Assembly: GCA_965208905.1 (NCBI GenBank)
Contig: OZ242365.1
Coordinates: forward strand, 230,618-262,617
Direction of reading: 5' to 3'
Length of the DNA stretch: 32,000 bases
Source: Nitrosopumilaceae archaeon
GTDB taxonomy: Archaea > Thermoproteota > Nitrososphaeria > Nitrososphaerales > Nitrosopumilaceae
How positions within the stretch are numbered: the first letter of the stretch is position 1; each line of letters starts with the position of its first letter. Shown piece after piece: positions 1-8,984 of the stretch. The position numbers and the translations under genes are program-made. The notes below the pieces were generated by a model. The model searched no databases and was not told the DNA's origin. It saw nothing but the letters and a program-made list of their open reading frames with translations.

Positions 1-39
1 CATCTTAAAACATACAGTATAAGTCAAAAATAAAAGAGT

Positions 40-216
40 TTAAAGTGGTTTGCCGGCATGAAACCAGTTCTCTGAGGGATTCTCTTCAAACACGACTATT
101 ACATGGTTTGCTTTGGCTCCAAGAATCTCGGTGGCGGCCTTTGTTATTGTGCGGGCGAACTCACTCTTTTGTTCTGCACTCCTACCTGGATACATTGATA
201 TCTTTATCAAGGGCAT
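40..216 (-). CDS. 4-oxalocrotonate tautomerase family protein
   Basis: Lies in ORF 40..240. The internal Met gives MPLIKISMYPGRSAEQK, with the catalytic-type Pro directly after Met. The ~58 aa size is typical of the family. Confidence 0.8.
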   Translation of the reverse strand: MPLIKISMYPGRSAEQKSEFARTITKAATEILGAKANHVIVVFEENPSENWFHAGKPL

Positions 217-248
217 ACTTTTGCACCACACAATACACAATAAAATGA

Positions 249-1058
249 TTATCTATAGTCGTCAGGCCTGTACCCATAGCGGGTCCCGTATGTGGGCTCC
301 CTATAGAACATCTTTTTGTAGAGATATCCAACAGCCAGCCCCACAACAAATCCTCCAATGTGGGCCAAATATGCTACACCACCACCGGCCACACCAAATC
401 CACTCACAAAGAACGGTAATAAATTCTGAAATACAAGCCAGAATGGCAAAAACCATCTTGCCTGTATGTGCATCATACGCCAAAAGAAGAAGAGCATCAG
501 TACTGTCAGTATACGGGCGCGGGGAAACAGTACAAGATATGCACCCAGAATTCCAGATACTGCACCTGATGCGCCCACTGCTGGAATAACACTGGAGAAG
601 TCGCCTGCTACATGTGCAAGTCCGGCCAACACGCCCCAAGCCAGATATATTCCCAGATACTTGAATCTACCAAATCTGTACTCTATATTATCGCCAAATA
701 TCCACAAAAATAGCATATTTCCACCCAAATGTAGTATGCCACCATGCAGAAATGTCGATGATACCAGTGTGAATAATGGATTGTTTGGACACTCTACGCT
801 GAACGGCCCACTCCCAAAGTTCAATGTTAGAGTGTCGGCCCCCATTATACACTGTGGTACTGCCCCCCATTCGTAGAATAGTTGGAGGGCACGTCCATTG
901 GTAAAGTCTATGAACTGCCCTGTCACAATAATCTCAAATATGAATGCCCCCACATTGACTGCAATGAGCATATATGTCATGTATGGCTTCCATCTTCCCC
1001 GAGTCTGCCTCTCATGTTCGTCCAGATAGGAATTATCATCTTTTATTGGTAGTAGCAT
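249..1058 (-). CDS. rhomboid family intramembrane serine protease
   Basis: 269 aa multi-TM protein. It carries the rhomboid motifs HLGGNMLFLWIFG (His/Asn) and GASGAVSGILGAYL (GxSG), with a later His in AHIGGF. Confidence 0.9.
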   Translation of the reverse strand: MLLPIKDDNSYLDEHERQTRGRWKPYMTYMLIAVNVGAFIFEIIVTGQFIDFTNGRALQLFYEWGAVPQCIMGADTLTLNFGSGPFSVECPNNPLFTLVSSTFLHGGILHLGGNMLFLWIFGDNIEYRFGRFKYLGIYLAWGVLAGLAHVAGDFSSVIPAVGASGAVSGILGAYLVLFPRARILTVLMLFFFWRMMHIQARWFLPFWLVFQNLLPFFVSGFGVAGGGVAYLAHIGGFVVGLAVGYLYKKMFYREPTYGTRYGYRPDDYR

Positions 1059-1221
1059 GCATTGTAGTATATGCCGAAATTGTTTAAATATTACTGAAAG
1101 TTGTTCTTGTGCAAATTCGGGCGTTATCTGGATTATGCAGTTTCAGAGCCCGTGTCTTTGACCAGGATGGCCGGATTTTGTCCGGTTGGACGATCTTGAA
1201 CAGTATCTGGCAGTGGTGGTT

Positions 1222-1458
1222 TTAGTCGTACCGCTGGTTCGCATGAAAGACGGACGATAGACGCTGTCGTCTCATCTCGCCCGGCATGTACGGCAACATG
1301 GTCACATCGTTGATGCTGCTCTGGACGATCTCTGACTCCAGTATGGTCCCCGGCCGCTCTTCTCTTGGCGCGGACACGGGTGCCCCCGCACCAAATTTGT
1401 CACGATGTAAATCATAAATGATGTCTTGTTGCTGTGTCTCAGGTGGTAGTATATCCAA
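1222..1458 (-). CDS. hypothetical small acidic protein (weak call)
   Basis: 78-aa ORF with a TTG start between the secreted-protein gene and the rhomboid gene. No recognisable motif. It sits in a locally GC-richer stretch. Confidence 0.25.
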   Translation of the reverse strand: MDILPPETQQQDIIYDLHRDKFGAGAPVSAPREERPGTILESEIVQSSINDVTMLPYMPGEMRRQRLSSVFHANQRYD

Positions 1459-1514
1459 TAGTCCGGTCGTCTATTCATTGCCGAGTGTGGGGGATCAGCG
1501 ATCAAAAGATACAT

Positions 1515-2732
1515 CTACTCGGGGATGACAACTATGATGCCCAACTCGATCATGTATGAGATGGACTTTAGAAATTCATCATCAGAGATTGTACCGTCCG
1601 CATACCATAGGGCCAGTGGGACCAACCAGCGGGGTAGGTAGGGCTCACCTTTGTATCCAGTAGAGATCATATCAAGATCAGACAGTAGAAAGAGATCATC
1701 TAATATATCATCTTTAGACTCATCCAAAGCCCACTGCTCTGCATCATATCTTAGATATTCAGGTACAAGTGGTTCTAGTGTAGGGCCAGGAACGAACCCC
1801 CGTATAGTTATGACATCTTGAGATAGTTTTCGTATATCAAAAGCCAGATGCCACATCCCCAGCTCATCCACACTCTGTACAAAGTCTATCTCTGCTCCGT
1901 TTCTATACACCTGAAAAGTCTCCTGTCTAGTCACTGGAGGTATCTCAATGTTGGCAAATGTCTCAAACGTATAGCTGTTAGTAGTCTGTAATGTCAGTGT
2001 GGTGCCGTTCTCGGTAAATTCAGGCCTGTAAATCCATGCGCCAGACTCGTATCGAAGATTGTACGTCATATCGCCTCGCTGAGCCTTTATTGGGTATGTG
2101 GAGCGAGAGCTGGGAGCAAAGCAGCTATAATATGTTACATCATCAGATACAGCAGGGTCTGGATGCATTACAAATCTTCCCATTTGGCCTGGGTCTAATG
2201 GTCCTATCTCATGTAGACTCTGAGAGACATCCAAGGCTCCATCCATACCATGAACAACAGCCCATATTGTAATGTCTTGTACTGTGTAATTACCATCATT
2301 GATTACAAATCCAGAGAGGGTCCCATTTGTGTGCAGTACAAGTGTCTCATCATATATGACTGATACCCGGGGTGCATAGCCAGTAGTGTTATAATATTCA
2401 ACTTGTGGGTCCAACAGTACCAAATTATCATATGGTTGAGGTATCTGTGGCATCTTTACCTTGAATGGCAACTCGGAATTGGCAGGCAAAAAGTCATGGC
2501 GTATGGTGACTGTATATATGATATCACCATCAGTTGCTGAAATTGTAACGGTTGTGGATATGTCTACAGGTTCCGTATTCTTGACATTTCCAATTATGGT
2601 GTACATGCCGTTGGTATCTACATACGAAAGATATTCGTTGTTCGGGACATAGACTTCGGCTGTGGCACTCAGTGTACCCACAAGTATTATCATACATGAT
2701 AGTGGAACAGTTGTATATCTAGTCAAGATCAA
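1515..2732 (-). CDS. secreted/surface protein with one C-terminal W-rich ~38-aa module
   Basis: 405 aa with an N-terminal hydrophobic signal-like segment (CMIILVGTLSATA/EVY). The C-terminus LPRWLVPLALWYADGTISDDEFLKSISYMIELGIIVV matches the module repeated in the upstream gene. The TTG start overlaps the upstream stop by 14 nt. Confidence 0.75.
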   Translation of the reverse strand: MILTRYTTVPLSCMIILVGTLSATAEVYVPNNEYLSYVDTNGMYTIIGNVKNTEPVDISTTVTISATDGDIIYTVTIRHDFLPANSELPFKVKMPQIPQPYDNLVLLDPQVEYYNTTGYAPRVSVIYDETLVLHTNGTLSGFVINDGNYTVQDITIWAVVHGMDGALDVSQSLHEIGPLDPGQMGRFVMHPDPAVSDDVTYYSCFAPSSRSTYPIKAQRGDMTYNLRYESGAWIYRPEFTENGTTLTLQTTNSYTFETFANIEIPPVTRQETFQVYRNGAEIDFVQSVDELGMWHLAFDIRKLSQDVITIRGFVPGPTLEPLVPEYLRYDAEQWALDESKDDILDDLFLLSDLDMISTGYKGEPYLPRWLVPLALWYADGTISDDEFLKSISYMIELGIIVVIPE

Positions 2733-4248
2733 CAGGTATCACGCCCTTCTCCACCAAAAACGCAACACTGGCCAAAAACTCGGCATCGCTGACCAGTCCA
2801 TCTACCCACCATTGAGCCGTGCTTCGGACCCATGACTCTATATCACCGCCTGTATCAGATGAGACCGCATCAACCTGTATTACATCATTCTTAATTAAAA
2901 AGGCCATAGCCTGTACAAACGAATCATCATCTATATCACCTTCTGCCCACCACTGAACTGTATTACGGATCCAATCTGGTATCAAATCCATATTACCATT
3001 TGATGCGGTATTGAATACTATTGGTAGTGCTGCTGCCGCCAACTCGTTATCATCCACATTACTAAACTGTAAGAGGGCAGGTCCCTGTATATCCGAGGGC
3101 ACATCAAATACAATACTTACAGGTTTATTCTCATCGGATACGCCACTCCCCGAGTACAGTATAACATCATCATCATATACTACTTGTACATCGTATGGTA
3201 CTGATACCACCAAGCTGCTGGGAAAGACGTGTGTTATGTTAAATGATGCTGTGTTTGATTGTCCCGATACAGGTCCGTCCGGTTCTAAATCGATTAGTAT
3301 GCGGTACTGGCCATTGGTGGTCACCGAACTGTACACAGAGTCCAAAGACGGTTTGGCAGTGACTCTCATTACATCGATATCATCGGTCTGCTCGTATAAT
3401 CTAAACAGTTCACCCTGAGGTAGTACTAAATGCACTATCCTATAGTCCAAAAAGTAGTCATCTATAGTCACTATTCTAGGAGGCAAGTCAAGTCCGTTTA
3501 TTTGAACATCAAAATCAGAGACCAAAAGTTCCCCAAAGGTTATGGGCACAGCAAACTCTACATGTACCACATCTATCTGATTTAATATATCCTCATCCCA
3601 TTCAAAGGGCATCTCAAATGAGACGGTTCGCTGTGTGTCATCATATCTTATGTTATGTAATACATCATAGTACGTGACAAATCTCATGGTTTGTTCATTC
3701 CAGTATTGATCGTCTATCGTATGAAGAAACGTCATGGGTACAGTGACGGCGGAGTTAAACTGTAATGGTTCAGGTGGCGCATATCCCTGAGATGACAGTA
3801 TGGAGACATCCAGAGAATATAGGCCGCCATCAGCCAAAGCGGGCCCAGACATCATATACGTTACATCGCTTAAAATTCCAAAGAAGCCGCCAGAACTACG
3901 CTCATACAGTACGCCATCACCAGAGTCATCAGAGGTAAATTGTAGTTTTACGACACCATTATTTGCTTGAAACTCTTGCGCAAAGAGTTGGGTCTGTCCG
4001 CGTCGGGCATCGATGTATAATATAGTATCCCCTATAGGCTCTCTATTGTCATCGCGAATGAATGATACGGATACCAGAACTTCAGACTCTGTCTTTTCAG
4101 AGTCGACCATTACAGTGACTAGTTGATTGTTCATCAGTATGGGCGGTAACACCTCAGTACCAGTACCGTGTCCATGCGCCATAAAGTTTGGTGTCATAAT
4201 GACGCATAATGCCATTATCATACATGGTATCCATATAGTCTTACACAT
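2719..4248 (-). CDS. secreted/surface protein with two C-terminal W-rich ~38-aa modules
   Basis: The ORF is open to 4314 (TTG). Met at 4248 gives a signal-like MCKTIWIPCMIMALCVIMTPNFMA followed by HGHGTG. The two C-terminal modules are IPDWIRNTVQWWAEGDIDDDSFVQAMAFLIKNDVIQVD and IESWVRSTAQWWVDGLVSDAEFLASVAFLVEKGVIPVD. Confidence 0.75.
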   Translation of the reverse strand: MCKTIWIPCMIMALCVIMTPNFMAHGHGTGTEVLPPILMNNQLVTVMVDSEKTESEVLVSVSFIRDDNREPIGDTILYIDARRGQTQLFAQEFQANNGVVKLQFTSDDSGDGVLYERSSGGFFGILSDVTYMMSGPALADGGLYSLDVSILSSQGYAPPEPLQFNSAVTVPMTFLHTIDDQYWNEQTMRFVTYYDVLHNIRYDDTQRTVSFEMPFEWDEDILNQIDVVHVEFAVPITFGELLVSDFDVQINGLDLPPRIVTIDDYFLDYRIVHLVLPQGELFRLYEQTDDIDVMRVTAKPSLDSVYSSVTTNGQYRILIDLEPDGPVSGQSNTASFNITHVFPSSLVVSVPYDVQVVYDDDVILYSGSGVSDENKPVSIVFDVPSDIQGPALLQFSNVDDNELAAAALPIVFNTASNGNMDLIPDWIRNTVQWWAEGDIDDDSFVQAMAFLIKNDVIQVDAVSSDTGGDIESWVRSTAQWWVDGLVSDAEFLASVAFLVEKGVIPVDLD

Positions 4249-4469
4249 ACTGTATATTAACAAATCAAATGCTGATAAAAATCTCGCCATTCCCATGTCA
4301 AGGTCGTTGCGCAATGTATACGGTAAACTCCCAATTCATTGGGAAGCATCTCCCGTTGTAGGAGAGTCATACATAGAATTACTAGTAAATTTTGCCTATT
4401 TCAGGTATTAGTTCGTATTTGAGCAGGTTTGGCGCGCCCCGGGAGAACGCATTAAAATAATCAATGGTT

Positions 4470-5462
4470 TCACAGCCAATGAGGCAGTCTTAGGTATTCA
4501 TCTAGGTTCTCGCCCCGCAACACTCGAAGCAGACCCTGTGCTTGTGGGGTAGACAGGACAGGCATATCAAACTTGTTATCTATAGAGATTCGGGGACACG
4601 CCACCTGTATGAAAGCATCCACATTGTGAATATTCACGAGTCGGTCGTTGGTTATATCAGTGAGAGCAAACATCTCCACCTCTTTGCCCAACGACTCTAG
4701 TTCTTTTTTAAATTTTAGACCAACAGTTTTAGAGAGCTGCCCCTCTTTTAATCCCACAACAATACCAAATCGCTTAGCCTCGGCCGCTTTGTATATAGAC
4801 AGTGTGGCCTTCTTGCGCAACAACTCTGCAAACTCAGATATCTCCCGAACCTCATTAAAATATGGATCAAGCACATATGTGGGTTTACCAGTGGAGAGTG
4901 CAACGCCAGCGGCATGAAAGTTGCTCTGTCCCAGAAATAGATACGAATCCACATCATTACAAAGTGATGTGGCAGGATAAAATTCACATCCAAATACTTG
5001 TCCATCATTTAATTGCCCCTTGCCAGCGCCGATAACTGTCTTTATGCCGTGTTTTTGGAGAATTTCTACAACCTTCTGTATTTGGTGCAAATGTTGACTG
5101 TCAGTCACCACTGCTACAGTACCTGATTTTAAGAGTTGGGCGCATTTCACTGCCACCGAGTCAAACGAGACATCATCAAAAGCATCTACCATTACGGTAT
5201 TCCCAATAGTATCCATGGATATGGTGTGTCCTATGTTAAAGTGAATACCAGTTCCCAAAGTGCGAGCACTACTCTCATTAATATCACAGCTGCCCCAGGT
5301 GGTATCAGCTATGACAAATGCAGGTATTCCAAACTTTTTGGTTATGTTTATTGCAGTCTTTTGTACCTGCGCAAGAATACCTTCAGGTCCGTTCAACGAT
5401 ACCGATTGGGGTCTTTTAGTGGATATTTCACGAAATATGTGCTCCTCATCGATGACTATCAT
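4470..5462 (-). CDS. dph2: diphthamide synthase subunit Dph2 (2-(3-amino-3-carboxypropyl)histidine synthase)
   Basis: 330 aa, typical archaeal Dph2 size and layout. The three conserved Cys contexts are present (WGSCD, GCEF, QVACPR). Confidence 0.85.
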   Translation of the reverse strand: MIVIDEEHIFREISTKRPQSVSLNGPEGILAQVQKTAINITKKFGIPAFVIADTTWGSCDINESSARTLGTGIHFNIGHTISMDTIGNTVMVDAFDDVSFDSVAVKCAQLLKSGTVAVVTDSQHLHQIQKVVEILQKHGIKTVIGAGKGQLNDGQVFGCEFYPATSLCNDVDSYLFLGQSNFHAAGVALSTGKPTYVLDPYFNEVREISEFAELLRKKATLSIYKAAEAKRFGIVVGLKEGQLSKTVGLKFKKELESLGKEVEMFALTDITNDRLVNIHNVDAFIQVACPRISIDNKFDMPVLSTPQAQGLLRVLRGENLDEYLRLPHWL

Positions 5463-5536
5463 GTAGACACCAATGTTGATTTTTAATTTAAACTAAGGGT
5501 TGAGGACATTAGAATTATACACTAAAGTTCACAGAA

Positions 5537-5700
5537 CTACTTGTCTAGTTGTTTGATCATTAGTGACCGCCATGTGTAGCTGAACGTCTCGGTTAGAACT
5601 AAGCTGTTATAATGCCAAACTTCATCCTCAAAACTCCTATGAAACCGCTCCAACTTGCCATTGGTTTGTGAGTGGCGTGGTCTTGAGTTTATCAGTCCCA
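5537..5700 (-). pseudogene. C-terminal fragment of an rve-type (DDE integrase-core) transposase
   Basis: The minus-strand translation reads GLINSRPRHSQTNGKLERFHRSFEDEVWHYNSL... then stop. RP.H.QTNGK.ERFH is the conserved distal motif of rve/IS481-IS3-like transposases. Stops lie just upstream, so only about 50 aa remain. Confidence 0.55.
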
Positions 5701-5852
5701 CCCAAGTGAACCAATAAACTATCAGTAGTGTAATGGGTTACTTCCAGTCTTATCAGGAGGCCAGATTAGCTCTGAATAGTCCAGGTATGCGTAAAATCAC
5801 CATCAACCGCTTTCTAGAGAACCATATATTGCAATACTGTATAACGAATATC

Positions 5853-7169
5853 ATGCAAGAGATGCATGTGGGTCTTGATGACACCGACTCAACAAAGGGT
5901 ATGTGTACTACATTTTTGGCATATATAATAACAGAGAGACTCTTGAAAGACAGAGTCAAATTCTTGGAGTATCCAAAACTTGTACGCCTAAATCCCAATG
6001 TACCCTGGAAGACAAGGGGGAATGGCGCCGTTGCACTACACTTTGCAACAGATGATGTAGAGCGCGTACGGCAACACATAACAGAGATGGTATTATTATA
6101 TTCGGATTTACAGAATGGTGCAAATCCAGGTGTGGTATTTTTGGAGGGAGACAACATAACTTCACATATGAAAAGATTCAGTCAAGATGCATTACATAAA
6201 ATTGTAAAGATATCTGATGCGCAGAGTATAATTAAGCAAGCTGGTGGCGATACACTCTCTTTGGGGACCGGGATGGGAATAATCGGAGCTACTGCTGCCA
6301 TTGCATATGACTTTAGAGACAGTACGGTAGAGATTATCACATATAGGAGAGATACCAACCTTGGGACGCAGCGTCACATAGATCCCGACAGCGTACGAAT
6401 GATGCAAGAGAAGACTTTTCCGTATACGTTCAATAGTTATGATGATGACTCTGGCCATGTATTGATAGCGCCTCGAGGGCCGGATCCTGTCTTTTATGGA
6501 ATAAGAGGAGAATATCCCAACATATTGCATAGGGCATCATCGATGATAATACATAAGGAAAGATTACGAGGACATATGATATTTCGTACGAATCAAGGTA
6601 CCGGGGACCACCTGCAACATATCATAAAATCAGATGCAATGGAGCCGCATACATCTGGATGTGTACAAGGAGTGGTATCAAGTGAACCTCAAATCATACC
6701 AGGAGGTCACATGTGCTTTAACATACACAGTAAAGGTATATCCATACCTTGCTGGACATACAAGCCTACAAAACTTCCCCAAAAGTTATCAGGACTGATC
6801 TGTGGGGATCATCTCATTGTGGGCGGTGGCGTCAGGGCGGAATCAGTAGATCACTCCAGATCCATAAATATTGAAAATGTACATGTGCAGAGGCTAGCTC
6901 CACATATCACATATAGAAATCCTCGTTGTGAAAGATGCAATAAAAGCATGAAATCAAAGGGACGCGGGCAACACTTCTGGTGTATACGGTGCGGCGATAA
7001 GGCAGAGCACCGCCAACAGGTCTTTATTCCTAGAAAGATATCAGAGGGAGAGTACAGCGCCGTAATGACTGCGCATAGACACCTAACACGGCCACCTCAA
7101 AGACATAACAAGATAAACCGTATAACCTTTGAGCCAAATACAAACTGGGTCGCAGTTTATGAATACTGA
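5853..7169 (+). CDS. tiaS: tRNA(Ile2) 2-agmatinylcytidine synthetase TiaS
   Basis: The family-typical N-terminus is MHVGLDDTDSTKGMCTTF, with ATG at 5853 or 5862. There is a C-terminal zinc ribbon, CERCNKSMKSKGRGQHFWCIRCG. The 40-aa upstream extension of ORF 5733.. is probably not translated. Confidence 0.9.
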   Translation: MQEMHVGLDDTDSTKGMCTTFLAYIITERLLKDRVKFLEYPKLVRLNPNVPWKTRGNGAVALHFATDDVERVRQHITEMVLLYSDLQNGANPGVVFLEGDNITSHMKRFSQDALHKIVKISDAQSIIKQAGGDTLSLGTGMGIIGATAAIAYDFRDSTVEIITYRRDTNLGTQRHIDPDSVRMMQEKTFPYTFNSYDDDSGHVLIAPRGPDPVFYGIRGEYPNILHRASSMIIHKERLRGHMIFRTNQGTGDHLQHIIKSDAMEPHTSGCVQGVVSSEPQIIPGGHMCFNIHSKGISIPCWTYKPTKLPQKLSGLICGDHLIVGGGVRAESVDHSRSINIENVHVQRLAPHITYRNPRCERCNKSMKSKGRGQHFWCIRCGDKAEHRQQVFIPRKISEGEYSAVMTAHRHLTRPPQRHNKINRITFEPNTNWVAVYEY

Positions 7170-7259
7170 TAGCGGGGAGTAGATTTGAACTACTGGTTTG
7201 CGGGTTATGAGCCCGCCGGGATGACCTAGTCCATAGTTGTCTGACTTCCCCACCCCGCT
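7170..7259 (-). tRNA. initiator tRNA-Met (anticodon CAT) with an oversized D-loop (putative non-canonical intron)
   Basis: Hand-folded cloverleaf. Acceptor AGCGGGG/CCCCGCT has an A1:U72 pair. The anticodon arm is GCGGG-CTCATAA-CCCGC (three G:C pairs next to the loop). The T arm is AGTAG-TTCAAAT-CTACT. The D stem GGGA/TCCC encloses 25 nt instead of about 10. No CCA is encoded. Confidence 0.75.
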
Positions 7260-7750
7260 GATATTAGTGAGATGCACAGATATATCTATTTTTGGAAAAC
7301 GTCCCAGAGTTACACCATATGCAAAGGGGGATGAGTTCATTTGCGACTGCCGGTCATCCTTGTCTTGTGTCGTTAGTCTCAGAGTCACCAATGTACGTCT
7401 TGCCCGCCTAGATGAGAGTACTGGCTCTTGCGCAAACGCAGGTGTCCCCTGGCTTGCATTATTACACGTCACACCAAAGAACGACTGTACATGGAGCATC
7501 CCGTTCTCCGGTCAGTGCTTGATGGTTCATGGGGGGCCAATGCAAGAACCATAAGACACAGTATACAATATAGTCGATACACGGGGGCAGAGTCGCACAT
7601 ATTAGAGATCGGTCCCACTACCACCCGTTTTCAAAATGCCTCTCCAACCACCAGATGTAACTTGCCAGATATGTTTTAGTGAATTACCCAGTGTTTATCA
7701 CCATCCTAAACATGAGTGGTATATACTTATTGAACACAGCCGCTAATCAT

Positions 7751-8836
7751 ATGGTGGATAAGAGAGTACGTATCGCAGGCATAATAGGGGCACTGGCTTT
7801 CTCTGCATGGGTACTGACATCACCATCAGATCCCCTACCCATACCAGCACCGTCTGGTGAGGGACCTGAAGACTCTGTAGTCATATTGGCAGAAGATTTA
7901 GAGAGGCCAAGGCACATAGCTGTAATAGATGATTATGTATTTGTTACAGAGCGGGAAGGGCGTATACGATTGGTGGATAATGGGACACTACTCGAAAGGC
8001 CAGTAGCAGTACTGCGGCCTGTTGAGGACTTTGATATAGGACTCAGTGGCGTTGCAGTGCATCCAAACTATAACGAAAATGGATTGTTATACGCATACAT
8101 ATCCTACAGAGAAGATGGCACACTATACAATAAAGTCATGAAGATAACGCTGGTAGAGAATAGATTGGTGGATGCCATACCAATTATAGAGCATATACCG
8201 GGATCCCGATTCTCCAACGGTGGTGTAGTAAAGTTTGGGCCTGACGGTATGCTATACATAGGAACCGGTACACCTTCAGACTCATCCCATCTACCTCAGG
8301 ATATAGACTCGTTGGCTGGAAAGATACTGCGCATACATGATGATGGAGCCATACCAACAGATAATCCGTATAAAGATTCGCCGGTATACTCACTTGGTCA
8401 TCGTAACATCAGAGGCATGGACTGGGACAGTACAGGAAGATTATACATATCCGAAGAGGGTCCTGACAAAAACGATGAGATAAGCCTCATAACACCCGGT
8501 GAAAATTATGGTTGGCCAGAGAGTGAGTGTTATGGTTCAGGTTATGCCAATGCCACAATATGTTATGATCCTGCCATAGAGCCAGGGGGCATAGCATTCT
8601 CAAATGGTGTCGCGGCTACATCAGGTCATCTGTTGTTGGCATCATTACGGGGCGGTGGGCTCTTTGAGATAGACGTAAATGAAGGTCTATCATCACAAAA
8701 AATTCTCTTAAGTGGTGTTGGACGCATTCGGGATGTGGTCCAGAGTGAAGATGGCACAATATACGTGATAACCTCAAATACAGATGGTAAAGGATTTCCC
8801 GCCGAGAGTGATGATAGACTGCTGATGCTACGATAG
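7751..8836 (+). CDS. PQQ-dependent (soluble) glucose/sorbosone dehydrogenase family protein, membrane-anchored or secreted
   Basis: Beta-propeller sugar dehydrogenase motifs are present (GHRNIRGMDWD, GENYGWPE). The N-terminal anchor is MVDKRVRIAGIIGALAFSAWVL. The ORF is open from GTG 7679, so the start is uncertain (7679, 7712 or 7751). Confidence 0.85.
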   Translation: MVDKRVRIAGIIGALAFSAWVLTSPSDPLPIPAPSGEGPEDSVVILAEDLERPRHIAVIDDYVFVTEREGRIRLVDNGTLLERPVAVLRPVEDFDIGLSGVAVHPNYNENGLLYAYISYREDGTLYNKVMKITLVENRLVDAIPIIEHIPGSRFSNGGVVKFGPDGMLYIGTGTPSDSSHLPQDIDSLAGKILRIHDDGAIPTDNPYKDSPVYSLGHRNIRGMDWDSTGRLYISEEGPDKNDEISLITPGENYGWPESECYGSGYANATICYDPAIEPGGIAFSNGVAATSGHLLLASLRGGGLFEIDVNEGLSSQKILLSGVGRIRDVVQSEDGTIYVITSNTDGKGFPAESDDRLLMLR

Positions 8837-8928
8837 CACAGGCCAGATGTGGTCTTGAATTATACTGGACAGTTGTAAAAGACAACAGGTCAAGATGGCC
8901 TCCAATATCAAGGGGCGCCGGGCGCATA

Positions 8929-8936
8929 CATTATCA
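8929..8936. repeat. flanking direct repeat (putative TSD), left copy, element 1
   Basis: CATTATCA directly abuts the left TIR. An identical 8-mer abuts the right TIR. Confidence 0.8.
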
Positions 8937-8961
8937 GGTTCCTCCCGCAAAGTCGGGTGAT
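8937..8961. repeat. left terminal inverted repeat of element 1
   Basis: GGTTCCTCCCGCAAAGTCGGGTGAT, 25/25 reverse-complementary to 10528-10552. Confidence 0.95.
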
Positions 8962-8984
8962 GGTTGATGTGTTGTTGGATAGTG

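Noticed and set aside
4424-4438. Rare-cutter motifs that look like cloning-site scars: GGCGCGCC overlapping CCCGGG at ~4424-4438, and TTAATTAATTAA (containing TTAATTAA) at 25691-25702.
   Set aside because: They are single occurrences in intergenic DNA with native-looking context (a terminator/promoter region and the tRNA-Arg upstream AT-rich box). There are no vector-like flanks, so they are considered chance.
5853-7259. Functional pairing of TiaS with the adjacent CAU-anticodon tRNA, read as its tRNA-Ile2 substrate.
   Set aside because: The tRNA has initiator features (A1:U72, GGG/CCC in the anticodon stem, an AGCGGGG start) rather than tRNA-Ile2 features. The adjacency is probably coincidental.
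7294-7458. RNase P RNA assignment. CCTAGATGAGAGTA (7407-7420) and CCTGGCTTGCA (7448-7458) resemble the bacterial/archaeal CR-IV (CCUAGAUGAAUGA) and CR-V (CCCGGCUUA) strings. GGAAAACGTCCC (7294-7305) loosely resembles CR-I.
   Set aside because: I could not form the obligatory P4 helix between the CR-I-like and CR-V-like segments. The spacing leaves no room for a specificity domain, and about 220 nt of downstream GC-rich sequence would remain unexplained. It needs a covariance-model search and is not asserted.
7083-7679. Three track ORFs (7083..7499 minus, 7237..7554 plus, 7428..7679 plus) as protein-coding genes.
   Set aside because: The first overlaps the tRNA gene and the tiaS 3' end. All three have odd composition (rich in C/R/W/S), no recognisable motif and no plausible start context. 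The region is treated as non-coding.
8913-8925. A GC-rich near-palindrome, GCGCCGGGCGC, 12 bp upstream of the element-1 target duplication, considered as a target-site signal or terminator hairpin.
   Set aside because: The loop would be a single nucleotide, so it is not a plausible RNA hairpin. No equivalent motif lies next to element 2. There is insufficient evidence for a role.
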